From: a virus
Taxonomy: Duplodnaviria > Caudoviricetes
Reading direction: 5' to 3' (one strand)
DNA length: 64,000 nt
Virus record (IMG/VR): IMGVR_UViG_3300013713_000001
Location: 128,001-192,000 of that record
Made by a program: the position numbers and the translations under genes. Each line of letters starts with the position of its first letter. Within the stretch, counting starts at the first letter, position 1. Under the pieces are notes generated by a model that saw nothing but the letters and a program-made list of their open reading frames with translations, did not search any database and had not been told where the DNA came from. Positions 48,403-60,191 of the stretch are shown one piece after another.

Positions 48403-49851
48403 TTAGAAGTATTCTTTGATGTTACTCAGGTAGTTCTTCGATTCCGACAGACCGATTTCAGTCCCGGAGATCAGAGAACTCGAGTGGTTGATGTAGTAGG
48501 TGGCGTTGCTAAAGGTTTTGCTGTTGTTGTAATCCGTGCCGAACGAGATCGTGACACGGGTTTCACCAAACATGTGGCATTCCATATGCAGGTTGATAAG
48601 GGTACGCAGGTGAGCGTAGGGACCGGTGTACTTGGCGAAGAATGCATCGGTGAACTGGCGGTTAAAGGTTTCTACCCGCCCGTGCAGGTTGAGGTCGTTG
48701 TCCAGCACCGACATGGACTGTGCCGGAGAGAACGCTACACCACCACCGCCTTCATCGCCGCTGACGCCGTCGAAGTCAGTAGGGTTGTTGGTGCAGCTGA
48801 AGTTGTACGACATCAAGCCGCAGGAGAGCAGCAGGTGGACACACATCATCGCTGCTTCGGAGGCAATGATCTCGTGCTGGTTAACACGGCCATAGTCCTG
48901 GGTCAGCAGCTGGGTATCGTCAGCCGCAAACTTGCTGACATCCATGTTGTCCAGGTTCAGGACGTCGATGAAGTTTGGCCAGACTTCCACCATCTCGTCA
49001 ACCGACCACCCACGGAATGTGCCAAGGCTATGAACGCTCAGTACACTCATCATTGTCTGCATGAAGGGGTTGTCGTGAGGAGAGATCTCGTTAAGGGTGG
49101 CGGTGGTCATGTACTCACCAATCGCCCACGCCAGATTGCCATCGTTCCCAGAGGCATGATCAGCGGTTGTTACAGCCAACTTCAGCAGCTCTTTCGAGTA
49201 GTGCGTTGGGTTCAGGTTCTGGGTCTTCGACATGAGCAACTGATTGGTCAAGTCGGAGTTCGCCACCCCACAATAGTTTTGTGAAGTCCCGTCACCGTCA
49301 GTTACCGCGTAACCCAGTGCAGCACTCGCTACGTCATAAGGACGCACTGCGGCCATGTCCTTCTTACCGAAGGGGTCACCCAGGAGGAACTGATGGGTAC
49401 TGTCAACGACTTGCTTGGTCGTTGGGTAACCCTGGCCGTCATGCGACTGCGTCGTGAGCGTGCTCCAGCAGCGTACCGGTTGCAATCGCGTGGCACCGTC
49501 AAGGCCGTTCTCAGCGTTGCTATTACCGCCCACGAGGAAGCACACCACCGACATGTCTGAGCTCTCAGTGGCGTTCGAGTGGACCTGGAACTTCAGCAGG
49601 CAGATCCCTCGGCGCATGTTCATCCCTTCTTCGACGGAGACGAACCCTTGAGGCTGAGCGCAGAGCTGACCGGAACCCATGGCAACGTCGTGCAGGGTCT
49701 TCGGAAGGATCCCGCCGGATTCTTGCTCATGACGGAGTCGGTCGATCTCCAGGTTGTCCAGGCTCAGTGTGGTGTGGCGGTGAACGTGGTGGTGCTGACT
49801 CGTGCCAATACCAAAGAAAGCCTGTTGCAGTACAGTTGTGATCTCAGCCAT
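48403..49851 (-). CDS. picA: Phage-nucleus protein import factor PicA/Imp1-like (phiKZ gp69-like)
   Basis: 482 aa, between the gp68-like and gp70-like genes; VRPYDV and HMFGETRVTISF motifs; the call rests mainly on synteny and size. Confidence 0.6.
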   Translation of the reverse strand: MAEITTVLQQAFFGIGTSQHHHVHRHTTLSLDNLEIDRLRHEQESGGILPKTLHDVAMGSGQLCAQPQGFVSVEEGMNMRRGICLLKFQVHSNATESSDMSVVCFLVGGNSNAENGLDGATRLQPVRCWSTLTTQSHDGQGYPTTKQVVDSTHQFLLGDPFGKKDMAAVRPYDVASAALGYAVTDGDGTSQNYCGVANSDLTNQLLMSKTQNLNPTHYSKELLKLAVTTADHASGNDGNLAWAIGEYMTTATLNEISPHDNPFMQTMMSVLSVHSLGTFRGWSVDEMVEVWPNFIDVLNLDNMDVSKFAADDTQLLTQDYGRVNQHEIIASEAAMMCVHLLLSCGLMSYNFSCTNNPTDFDGVSGDEGGGGVAFSPAQSMSVLDNDLNLHGRVETFNRQFTDAFFAKYTGPYAHLRTLINLHMECHMFGETRVTISFGTDYNNSKTFSNATYYINHSSSLISGTEIGLSESKNYLSNIKEYF

Positions 49852-49881
49852 TGTTACTCTCCATCATCTATCAAAAATAGT

Positions 49882-51447
49882 TTATTCGCTGATTTGCCTA
49901 ACCAAGCGCATAAACTCGTCACGTATTTTGGGTTCAATCTCAAGTTCAAACAAGGCACCACGTTCTACACGATCGTAGATCTCACGCTCGTTCAGAACAC
50001 CGTATTCCAGGTTGGACTTCCACTGACCCGCTGCCAAACCTTCGAGGAAATCAGTAGCGTCTTCAATAGCCTCGTTAAAGGAACGACCTTCATCGTTTCT
50101 ACTTTGGACGTCACAGATGCTTTCCAGGTAATCTTTGTCAACCGAGGTCAACTTCAAAACATCCGCAATCGAGCGCATGCCATTAGGGTCGTGAATTGCA
50201 CCCACCAGCGAAGGGAGGTATTCGTAACCCCATTCCGCCAACCGAACCTGTGCCAATGCAATAGCTGCCATCAGCTGAGTATAATTGGCTGCCCAGTAAA
50301 TCATGATTGAGATGTCACCCTTAAAGACCATTTGCAGGAGCTTAAGGTTGTGGGGTGCCAGCTCGAATTCCCAGTTAGGGGGAATGTTATCAAAGATCTT
50401 TTCAACCAGTTCAGGCTGCTTGATACCAAGTGCCATGCAAGGAACCGTGAATCGATCAGTGTGTCGCTCCCGATCCATTTCATCCATCAGTCCCATCGAG
50501 AAGAACTCAGCTTCAACTTCTTCGTCAGTGGACTTAACCGCTTCCTTTGCCTGGTAACGTTCGTACAGCGAGCGCTTCTCTTCCTCGCCTTCGTAACCAT
50601 CGTCCTTCTTGCGCCACTTGCTGCCGCTGGACTCGTGTTGGCGTACCGCCGCGTTGATCGCAGTGGCGAGGTTCTTGCCTTCCTCCGTTTCCGGAATGAT
50701 GGCACAGCAGAGACGACTGAAGACCATGTTGTACAACACATGTTCTACAAAGTACTCCATGCTGCCCACGCCGTCTACTTTAAGCGGCTCACCACGCTTC
50801 TTAAAGGAGAAGTCCACGTAAAGCAGCAGCTTGCGCCAGCCGTCGGTATTGACAATGTGCGGATTGTTCTTGATCAGGTCCCCACAGACGAACTCTGCAA
50901 AGTTCATGCTCATGAACCCGGCGTAGCGGTAGGTCAGAGAGAAGATGATCGGGTAGATGGTTCGGATCAGCAAGGTCATCTTCACAATGCTGACGTAGTG
51001 GTCTTCGGTAATGGTGGTCTGCTCAGGGTAATACCCTTTGCTCGCCGCCTGGTTCAGTTCAGGTGGGATCACCAGGTGCCGGGAGTTATGGATAAAGTCC
51101 ATGAACCGAGCCGGCTGGATATAGTCAAGGATTGCATCAGTGATCGGTTTGACCTCTGGCAACTCTTTCTTATAATCCCGGTAGGTGGGGTTCTCGCAGA
51201 TACGGTGTGCACGCTCGTACAGCTTGAACAACTCCAAACGTTCCTCGGAGGTGTAGTACCGCTCAACGTAGTCGTTGAACGCATCGAACAATTTGCCCTC
51301 TTGCGCTTTGATATTGCCCTTGTTTGACTTCTCCAGCTTGATGGAGTTGTCGCCAGTGAACCGTAGGGAGTGATCGTTGAGGGCTACAACGATAGCCTTC
51401 ATCCCTTTCATGGATTTTCGAATAACTTCAATCGTTAACATCAGCAA
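49882..51447 (-). CDS. Non-virion RNAP sigma-like specificity subunit (phiKZ gp68-like)
   Basis: 521-aa helical protein, YPEQTTITEDHY and EKRSLYERYQAKE motifs, early promoter upstream, synteny. Confidence 0.65.
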   Translation of the reverse strand: MLMLTIEVIRKSMKGMKAIVVALNDHSLRFTGDNSIKLEKSNKGNIKAQEGKLFDAFNDYVERYYTSEERLELFKLYERAHRICENPTYRDYKKELPEVKPITDAILDYIQPARFMDFIHNSRHLVIPPELNQAASKGYYPEQTTITEDHYVSIVKMTLLIRTIYPIIFSLTYRYAGFMSMNFAEFVCGDLIKNNPHIVNTDGWRKLLLYVDFSFKKRGEPLKVDGVGSMEYFVEHVLYNMVFSRLCCAIIPETEEGKNLATAINAAVRQHESSGSKWRKKDDGYEGEEEKRSLYERYQAKEAVKSTDEEVEAEFFSMGLMDEMDRERHTDRFTVPCMALGIKQPELVEKIFDNIPPNWEFELAPHNLKLLQMVFKGDISIMIYWAANYTQLMAAIALAQVRLAEWGYEYLPSLVGAIHDPNGMRSIADVLKLTSVDKDYLESICDVQSRNDEGRSFNEAIEDATDFLEGLAAGQWKSNLEYGVLNEREIYDRVERGALFELEIEPKIRDEFMRLVRQISE

Positions 51448-51470
51448 CTCCAGGGATTACCTAACACACT

Positions 51471-51491
51471 GGTAATATAGGTTTGAGAAAA
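51471..51491 (-). promoter_or_regulatory. Putative early promoter
   Basis: Minus strand TTTTCTCAAACCTATATTACC contains the phiKZ early core TATATTAC. Confidence 0.75.
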
Positions 51492-51509
51492 TCTACCAAA
51501 TGCAAAAAG

Positions 51510-51539
51510 AGGGGGAGGGAGGTCGCCCTCCCTCCCTTT
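51510..51539 (-). terminator. Terminator hairpin
   Basis: GGGGAGGGAGG-TCGC-CCTCCCTCCCT with a T-tract on the minus strand. Confidence 0.75.
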
Positions 51540-51554
51540 ATCTTTTCTCGAGGC

Positions 51555-52244
51555 TTAGAAGTCAGCGTCGTCGTCGTACGAGGAGTCGAAGTCGCTGTTG
51601 CTGTTGTTGCTACGGCCCGGAGACTTCTGAGCGAAAGCGCCTTCTTTCGGAGCAGGCGGCTCGTACATGTCGCGCTCCATGGTGTTCACCGGCTCTTGGT
51701 GCCACTTGACCCAGGCGCGAGCGGCCCAGCGGGACAGGGTACCGTGGTCTTCGACCTTTTGACCTTCGGCGTTCTTCATGTACAGCACGGTGTCGTTTGC
51801 GCCGCGGAAGACGATCTTCGCCGAGTACTCGCCCTTGCGGTAGGTCACGCTGATCACGCCGTCTTTCGAACGGTCGATGGTGAACATCGCTTTGACGATC
51901 GGGTTGTCGGAGATCTTGCTCTGACCGCCGGACTTGATGAAGTCCTTTTTGCGGATGACCATCTGGCGGCTTTCGAAGCCAGCGTCCATGCACGCTTCGA
52001 GGATGCCTTCCATCAGTGCGTTACGGTCGGACCAGTTCATCTCGACTTCACGATGGTTCGACTTCGAGTTCGGGTCGTAGATGCCATCGTTGATTTTCAT
52101 CACGATCTTGCCGTTCGACTTCTGCTGGATGATCCAGGTCGCCGGGTACTTCCCGCCTTGGACCGGATCAATGGTCGAGGCTTGTGGTTGTTTCCAGTCA
52201 TCGAAAATGGTCTTGCGGCGGGCGTTGCTGTTCGGCTGGGACAT
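51555..52244 (-). CDS. chmC: ChmC-like nucleic-acid-binding protein (phiKZ gp67-like)
   Basis: 229 aa, beta-rich core, disordered tail ending DSSYDDDADF, high codon bias, adjacent to the gp68-like gene. Confidence 0.55.
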   Translation of the reverse strand: MSQPNSNARRKTIFDDWKQPQASTIDPVQGGKYPATWIIQQKSNGKIVMKINDGIYDPNSKSNHREVEMNWSDRNALMEGILEACMDAGFESRQMVIRKKDFIKSGGQSKISDNPIVKAMFTIDRSKDGVISVTYRKGEYSAKIVFRGANDTVLYMKNAEGQKVEDHGTLSRWAARAWVKWHQEPVNTMERDMYEPPAPKEGAFAQKSPGRSNNSNSDFDSSYDDDADF

Positions 52245-52290
52245 GGGGATTTCCTTAATTCGTTACATGAAGATGGGATCAGTAGTATTA

Positions 52291-53085
52291 TTAAAGCATT
52301 TTCAGTAAGGCTGCTTTATCAATACCATCTGGGAGCATGTTGATGTTCAATCGGCAACGACTCGCCGTGGTAGCAGGTGTCCAGTTAGAATCTTTAGCCA
52401 GCTTCTTAACGAGCTCCTTAATCCCTTTCGATGAAGACATGAAGTCAGTCGACTTATCCCCAAAGACCTGAATGGTAAGCTTGTTAAAGGGCAGGAAGTA
52501 CAACTCTTTTCCGCCCGTGAGTTTGGTGTACCACTGGGTATACGGTTTAAGCTTCCCTGTGTAGGATTCCATCAGCGTAAGGCGGGCCACATGGTCATGG
52601 ACGGCTAAGTCTACAACGCGGTGGGTCATCGCCACGCCTCGTCCCTTAAAGGACGGCATCCCTACATCGGTACGCTCAATAAGCTTCTGGTACTTATCAT
52701 AGATAAGATCAGCCGCCTTGCTTGAAATCTTGTCGTAACTCTTTTGCAGTTCGGTCTCGGGAACTTTTAGATCAGCCAGCGGAAACTTAAACTTTAACGA
52801 AAAGTACGACGGAAAATAAACAATCAACTTTAACGGCTTGGTCTTACGAACTTCTTCCAACCACCGACTCATCATTTTCAAGTCAGCAATGGTATCGTCC
52901 ATAAGTTGCTGAGCGGTCAGTGCAGTACGTTCTTCTTTTGTCTCGTACGCGTCATGGGCATTACGAATAAGCGTCAGCAGATTGAAAAGAATCACGTCTG
53001 ACGCTCGGATCTGTGCTGCCGCTTCGGGTTGTTCGATGGCGAGGGACGTGCCAATGCTCATCCCCAATGCACCTAGGTTTCTCAT
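52291..53085 (-). CDS. Conserved jumbo-phage core protein (phiKZ gp66-like)
   Basis: SIGTSLAIE, NLLTLIRN, ESYTGKLK...WYTKL...LPFN...QVFGD; coupled to SbcD. Confidence 0.6.
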   Translation of the reverse strand: MRNLGALGMSIGTSLAIEQPEAAAQIRASDVILFNLLTLIRNAHDAYETKEERTALTAQQLMDDTIADLKMMSRWLEEVRKTKPLKLIVYFPSYFSLKFKFPLADLKVPETELQKSYDKISSKAADLIYDKYQKLIERTDVGMPSFKGRGVAMTHRVVDLAVHDHVARLTLMESYTGKLKPYTQWYTKLTGGKELYFLPFNKLTIQVFGDKSTDFMSSSKGIKELVKKLAKDSNWTPATTASRCRLNINMLPDGIDKAALLKML

Positions 53086-54200
53086 TTAATAAACTCTCCA
53101 AGAACCGCCAATGCATCAGCCATGTCAATTCCTTTATCTGCGAAATCGCTGGCTGCTTCTTTAGCGAGTAAGGTGGAGATGTTATCTTTGGTAATCGATA
53201 CTCCACAGTACGTGCTTTCTGAATACACCTCTTCTTCTACCAACTCTTCTTCGGCCTTGATGTTCTTGGCCTTGAAGCCGTACTGGGTAAACTCCTTTTC
53301 AAAGATCTTGATCACCGGAGTGACAATATCAGCAGGACCACCCTTGACTCGGATCTGCGAGAATGGGGGAAGTTTCTTGCTGTTGATAAACTCACGCAGT
53401 TGCTTAACAAGGGCTTCCGTTGAAATGTCCTCAGTCACCGTCAGGGTCACATAAGGAAGGGCTCGCTTGTTTTCCCAAAAGGTGACATTGTACGTTTCCT
53501 TCTTCTTATCAAGGTCAATGATGTAGGCACCCTTTGGATGTTCCTCGCCATGACTGATCCGGTCAAACGACCCCATGCAGTGACGTTTGCCAACAATGCC
53601 GGGGGTGTGGATGTGACCGGAAAGAATAATGTACGTACAGATGGATTCCCACCGCGACTGATCGTGTGTGGTGTGTCGCATCTTTGTCGGTAACTGATCA
53701 TGAAAGGCTTGGTGGAACAGTACAATGTCCACCTTGTCAAGCTTGTTGGCCTTTAACACATCCAGCGCCGCTTCCCAGATATCATTCGGCGTCATGGCCT
53801 TCAGGTTATCTGGAATGCAAAGAATCGTTAAGTCATCCAGCTCAGGATAACGTTGGACTTGAATCGTGTCGACGTAACGGAAGTCAAACCCGGTTGGAGC
53901 AACGGTGACCAGGTGACGTGGTTGCCCCCATTCATGGTAAAAGGTCCCTTCCAAATAGAGCACCGCAGTGTTACGTGCGTTGCAATAATCAGTAAACTCC
54001 TTAAACCACTCCTTGACCTTAAACAGGTCAGGGTTAGGGGACTCAACCAGCTTATCCATCAAGTCTCCGCCAAAGAGTACGAGATCAACATTTGCGAGGT
54101 CGTTATCTTTGTAGAAGAATTGTGACAAATTGCCCAACACATGGTGAGTCGGAGTTGTCTGGTGCAACGTGTGATGGTCAGAACTTGCCAGAATACGCAT
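53082..54200 (-). CDS. sbcD: SbcD/Mre11-like metallophosphoesterase nuclease
   Basis: SDHH, GGDLMD, EGTFYHE, FHQ, SGHIH and GSFDR motifs. Confidence 0.85.
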   Translation of the reverse strand: MRILASSDHHTLHQTTPTHHVLGNLSQFFYKDNDLANVDLVLFGGDLMDKLVESPNPDLFKVKEWFKEFTDYCNARNTAVLYLEGTFYHEWGQPRHLVTVAPTGFDFRYVDTIQVQRYPELDDLTILCIPDNLKAMTPNDIWEAALDVLKANKLDKVDIVLFHQAFHDQLPTKMRHTTHDQSRWESICTYIILSGHIHTPGIVGKRHCMGSFDRISHGEEHPKGAYIIDLDKKKETYNVTFWENKRALPYVTLTVTEDISTEALVKQLREFINSKKLPPFSQIRVKGGPADIVTPVIKIFEKEFTQYGFKAKNIKAEEELVEEEVYSESTYCGVSITKDNISTLLAKEAASDFADKGIDMADALAVLGEFIK

Positions 54201-54224
54201 CGGTAATCCCCTATCCCTAATTGC

Positions 54225-55067
54225 TTAACACTCGAAAGGTGAATCCGGAGCAGTTGGTGCCTTAGATTGTACCTGCTGTGTTTCTTTATTGATCGCGGTC
54301 GCCGAGGTCTCACCGCCGTCGGTGATAACGTCGACACCTTCCTTGCCTTCCATGTTGAAGTTGCCCAGGCTCAGTTCGGAGAGGAACTTGTACTCGTCCT
54401 TTGTAACCTGCCGACCCTTGTGGTCACGGGAGAGGATCATTCGGGCACGGTTGAGGTCTTCGATCTCGGTCTTTTGACCACGACGAAGGACGTCACGGAT
54501 GTAGTAGACGCCGCGCTCTACTTCAGGCTCGATGTCATACTTGGCAAAGAACTCTGGCTTAACCAGATCGCTCATGCTCATCGGTTTGGCTTCAAGGCCG
54601 ATGCGCTCGTCCATCAGCGTGTTGGCAATGGACAGGTTGGCGTTGATATCGTTTTTCTTCGACGCATCTTCGCTGTTGGCGTGCATCATCCCTGCCACCA
54701 GACGAAGTTTCTCACGGTCTTCTTTCGTGAGGTTAACGGTGGTCAGCGGAGGGATCACCATGACAGGATCGTAGGCGCCAGTTTCCTCGTTCTTTGCAAC
54801 GATGAGGACTGCGCGTGTACCGCCGTAGGAGAAGCTGAACCACTCGCCCTGGTTGAAGTAGTTCACACCCAGGCCGTTACCCACCGCAAAGGCGAGCATC
54901 CATTTACGGACGAACTCCTCTTCCTTCATGACGTGGGCGATGTTGTAGGGGAGGTTCTCGTCACCTTTGTTCCCCATCATCAGTCGACCGTCGTAGTCAG
55001 TGACCGTGATGTCACGTGCCCAGCCCAGGTCGTTTTCGATGATCTGGTCGCGTTCCCGTTTGTTCAT
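54225..55067 (-). CDS. Conserved hypothetical protein
   Basis: 280 aa in the operon. Confidence 0.7.
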   Translation of the reverse strand: MNKRERDQIIENDLGWARDITVTDYDGRLMMGNKGDENLPYNIAHVMKEEEFVRKWMLAFAVGNGLGVNYFNQGEWFSFSYGGTRAVLIVAKNEETGAYDPVMVIPPLTTVNLTKEDREKLRLVAGMMHANSEDASKKNDINANLSIANTLMDERIGLEAKPMSMSDLVKPEFFAKYDIEPEVERGVYYIRDVLRRGQKTEIEDLNRARMILSRDHKGRQVTKDEYKFLSELSLGNFNMEGKEGVDVITDGGETSATAINKETQQVQSKAPTAPDSPFEC

Positions 55068-55471
55068 CGTTTCAGTCTCTCGTTGGTAAGTACTTTGTAT
55101 TGCTCGCCAGTCACCAGAATGGTTTCTGCCAAGTCGTAATCAGAGCCATCGACCACAACCTTACCGGTCAAAATTAGCCTGTAATTGTTTGCCTGCCCAG
55201 TGATATTTTGCTTGATCACCTCGATCAGGACTTCGTCAAACTGTTCCTTCATGTACTCAAGAAACTGGGTCTTAAGGTTTTCCCTCAACCGCTCAGGTGT
55301 CTCACCGTACTTCTGCCAGAGGCCGTAGAAGTTCGGGACATTGCTGATGAGCTTGTCCTGGTTTTCACGTGCTGCAAAGAAGTAGGTAGTATGGAGAGCG
55401 ATTGCGTTTAACGGTGACTCTGTTTCCCAGCCATAGCGGGTGTCCATCGTGCCAATGCAGAACCGACCCAT
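55064..55471 (-). CDS. Conserved hypothetical protein
   Basis: 135 aa, GAGG RBS. Confidence 0.7.
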   Translation of the reverse strand: MGRFCIGTMDTRYGWETESPLNAIALHTTYFFAARENQDKLISNVPNFYGLWQKYGETPERLRENLKTQFLEYMKEQFDEVLIEVIKQNITGQANNYRLILTGKVVVDGSDYDLAETILVTGEQYKVLTNERLKR

Positions 55472-55531
55472 TATCTTGTCCTCAATAAAAAAGAAACCCT
55501 CTATAAGAAAGTAAAAAAAAAAAGAAGTGAA

Positions 55532-55557
55532 CGGGTGAGGGGTCTCCCCCTCACCTG
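55532..55557 (-). terminator. Terminator hairpin
   Basis: CGGGTGAGGGG-TCTC-CCCCTCACCTG with a long T-tract on the minus strand. Confidence 0.75.
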
Positions 55558-55569
55558 TCCTTTCAAAGG

Positions 55570-56194
55570 TTACTCTTCTGTTTTGTCACGGAACTGCAGA
55601 CGGCGCTCACCTGCACTCGACGTGATGTCGAACTCAGTGGTCGCGATGTGGTGGTTACTGGCAGCGTGGGTCTTGTGCGCATAGACCTTGTCACGGTAGC
55701 TGTACTTGCCAGCTACCGAGTCACTGTAAGACGTCCGTCGGAGGTGGTTAACCTCGTCTTCACGGGTAAGGTTGACAACGCCGTCAAACATGCGTCGCCA
55801 GATCAAGTTGTCTTCACCGATCCCCTTACAGAAGTGACTGAACTCACCACCATAGCCTTCGATCTCCCCGTCCAGGTACAGCTGCTGGACGAGTGGGTTG
55901 GCCATGATGATATCACGCATGTAGCCTTCAGCTTGTTGCTGTGCATTCAGACTACCCAGGTACCCTATCGAATAACGGCTAACGTACTCACCATCTTCTT
56001 TGTTCAGGAGTCGCTTACCCATTTCCCACGCACGGGAGTTGAGGAAGTTGTCAAATGACTCCATGTTCTTTGCAGCTTGATCACCCAACCAACCACCAAA
56101 CCGACCCAAGGCCTGGTTAGCACGGTTCAGGTAATCGGCGTAGCGGTTAATGGAATTCTCGGTATGACTGCCCGAGATTGAAAAGCTAAACGCG

Positions 56195-56208
<14 letters not shown>
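55570..56208 (-). CDS. Conserved nucleus-block protein (possibly phiKZ gp59/Imp3-like)
   Basis: 212 aa overlapping the end of beta'-N; IMANP...LY...IEGY motif; assignment by synteny only. Confidence 0.5.
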
Positions 56209-57850
<1,642 letters not shown>

Positions 57851-57883
57851 AAAGCTAACTCCTGAAATTTAAAAAGAAGAATA

Positions 57884-57912
57884 GGGGTTAGGGGACCGAA
57901 GCCCCCTAACCC
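57884..57912 (-). terminator. Terminator hairpin after chimallin
   Basis: GGGTTAGGGG-ACCGAAGC-CCCCTAACCC followed by a T-rich tract on the minus strand. Confidence 0.75.
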
Positions 57913-57934
57913 ACTAATCAATTACTGCTACCGC

Positions 57935-59935
57935 TTAGCCCCAGATGCCGCCGTTGCCGAAGCCACCCAGCAGGTTCATGCCATTGGAGGTGCCCACCGA
58001 GGTAACGGTTTGCAGACCAGCCATCGGCATGAATGCCATGTTGTTCGGACGCATCGACGCGTAGGTGTTGGCCACGGTCAGAGTACCCATCTCCGACAGT
58101 GCCTTGCCGATGACGGCCATCAGGTGCGGATCCCAGACGCAGGAGAAGCCGAAGTTGTTGACGTGCAGATGACCATCGAACAGACTGGTGCTCATCTCGA
58201 TCTTCAGCTTCTGGCAGCGCGAACGCACTTCCTCGTTGGTGGTGCCGTAGAGGATGCTCAGGTAGTTCATGGACTGCTGGAGACCAGCCTTGCCCTTGTG
58301 CGTACCCAGGTACATCTCGTCGACTTCCAGGGTGTTCAGCTCGCGACCTTGTGGGTTCTTCGCGAGACCGTTCACCGCGATCATCTTCGTGCGGTGCAGC
58401 GCGACGTCGCCTGGTTTCCAGCCCTTGCCGCTGGCCACGTTCTCGGCAACGATCTCCGAGAAACGGCCGTTGGACATGGAGTCCATTACCGCGATCATGG
58501 CTTGTACCGCCGACTGACGGTTGGCCAGAACAGGATCCGACAGAACTTCCAGGTGTTTGTTCACCGGGGAGTCGAGGCCGCCGAGGATCACGTTGCTGCG
58601 GAACAGAGCATTCGGCGAGATGTTCTGGTGCATCCACTTGTTGACGGCTTCGGTGTCCAGGATGGTCTTGTCGTCCATCTGAGGACGGGCACCGGAGTAG
58701 ACCTGGGCGATCAGCTGCTCGATGCGAGGTTCGAACGCGCTCAGGTTACCACGCGAACCGACGTTGGCACGACGCAGGGGTTCTGCGAAGATGTAGTCGG
58801 TGTTGGTGCACATCAGAGCGAACAGCGAGTAGTAGTACGGGTGCAGGCCGTTGTTGAAGTTCATCATCTCTTCGGCGATTGCCGAGTCGAGGGTGATGAC
58901 CGGATGCAGCGGACGGTAGCCGTTCGCGTACATGCCGCCGTTGATACCCAGGAAGGCCTGGATGGCATCGGCTTGACCGCCGGCTTGCGAGATGGCTGCG
59001 ATGTTCTGCATGTGCATCTGGTAGCTGATGGCCGACAGTTGCACGGTCGCCAGCGCCCGCACGATCCCTTTCGAGTTCGGGTTGTTGTTGTTGCCGTTGT
59101 TGTTGTTCGGGTTGTTGGTGGTCGAGATCACCAGTTCCATGTTCGACGCCATGAGGGTGCCGGCCTTGGAGACCTTGTTCTCGACAGCGGTAACCCGAGC
59201 TTCGGCCCAGCCGTCTTTGCCGTACGGCGCGCTTGGATCCTTGAACGCGGAAGGCAGACGAGCTTTGCGCTTCGGCATCTCGGAGCAGATCTTGACGAAC
59301 ACCGCAGTTTCCCACTGCCCTTTCAGGTAGTTGGCGATGCGCTGCGGACGCTCTTTCAGATCGCCGGCCTGGGAGTGTTGCAGCATTTCCAGGTCTTCGG
59401 TCATCAGGTTGATGATTTCCGGCTCGCCCTTCATGCCGTTCTGCTCGAGCAGCTGCTTGAAGTGCTTGCGCAGGTTGTCGACCAGCTCGTTGGTGAAGTA
59501 GTTGGTCGGGGTCAGCAGGACCGAGGTCTTGTGCGGCATGCCCATCGGTTGCAGGACCTGGACGGTCTCGGTGGCGATGGCGTTGTCCTTGTTCGAGAAC
59601 AGGACGAGCATGACCCAGACGCTGTCACCGACGAAACGGTGCAGAACCAGGCCGGGCAGGGTGGAGCTGATGACCGGCGAAACTTTGTCGACGGTTGGGA
59701 TGATCGCGCGCTGGGCCGGCTGGATGGTCGACTCGCCCATGGCGGTATAGCCCTTCTTGAGCAGCTCCAGGACTTCGTCGACTTCGGGGAGCTGACGGTT
59801 GTCGGAGGACATCGAAGGGGTGTGGAAGAGGTCGTTGAGCAGGTTCAGTTCCAGAGCGTGCCCATCGTTGTTGTCCCAACCACCAGCGTTGTTGCCTTTG
59901 CGGTTACTTTGAACGGCCATAATGTAGAACTCCAT
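57935..59935 (-). CDS. chmA: Chimallin, phage nuclear shell protein (phiKZ gp54-like)
   Basis: About 660 aa, extreme codon bias, own early promoter, directly upstream of nvRNAP beta'-N and near the DNA polymerase (conserved Chimalliviridae order), Gly-rich flexible C-terminus; probable start ATG 59920 (GGAG RBS). Confidence 0.8.
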   Translation of the reverse strand: MEFYIMAVQSNRKGNNAGGWDNNDGHALELNLLNDLFHTPSMSSDNRQLPEVDEVLELLKKGYTAMGESTIQPAQRAIIPTVDKVSPVISSTLPGLVLHRFVGDSVWVMLVLFSNKDNAIATETVQVLQPMGMPHKTSVLLTPTNYFTNELVDNLRKHFKQLLEQNGMKGEPEIINLMTEDLEMLQHSQAGDLKERPQRIANYLKGQWETAVFVKICSEMPKRKARLPSAFKDPSAPYGKDGWAEARVTAVENKVSKAGTLMASNMELVISTTNNPNNNNGNNNNPNSKGIVRALATVQLSAISYQMHMQNIAAISQAGGQADAIQAFLGINGGMYANGYRPLHPVITLDSAIAEEMMNFNNGLHPYYYSLFALMCTNTDYIFAEPLRRANVGSRGNLSAFEPRIEQLIAQVYSGARPQMDDKTILDTEAVNKWMHQNISPNALFRSNVILGGLDSPVNKHLEVLSDPVLANRQSAVQAMIAVMDSMSNGRFSEIVAENVASGKGWKPGDVALHRTKMIAVNGLAKNPQGRELNTLEVDEMYLGTHKGKAGLQQSMNYLSILYGTTNEEVRSRCQKLKIEMSTSLFDGHLHVNNFGFSCVWDPHLMAVIGKALSEMGTLTVANTYASMRPNNMAFMPMAGLQTVTSVGTSNGMNLLGGFGNGGIWG

Positions 59936-60013
59936 CTTTTCTTAAGAAAGGTTATTTCGCTAGCGGAATCGCCAAGTGTATGCCTACACACATTTCTATC
60001 CACGATTCAGACT

Positions 60014-60031
60014 AGTAATATAGACCTGAAA
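60014..60031 (-). promoter_or_regulatory. Putative early promoter of chimallin
   Basis: Minus strand TTTCAGGTCTATATTACT with the TATATTAC core. Confidence 0.75.
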
Positions 60032-60191
60032 TTATTTAGATACTTTAACTTTCCCTTACAAACCGGCTGGAATGCTATAGCAGCTTTGAATCTCAAGCCC
60101 AAATTTACTAAACGCACTCTGGACTCTCCAGGATTTCGCCCGGAATAATAGTGTGTGTATAGAATAGAACGACACATGGAAATAACCAGTT

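Noticed and set aside
58010-60148. 712-aa plus-strand ORF opposite chimallin
   Set aside because: Shadow ORF caused by codon bias; no RBS or motifs
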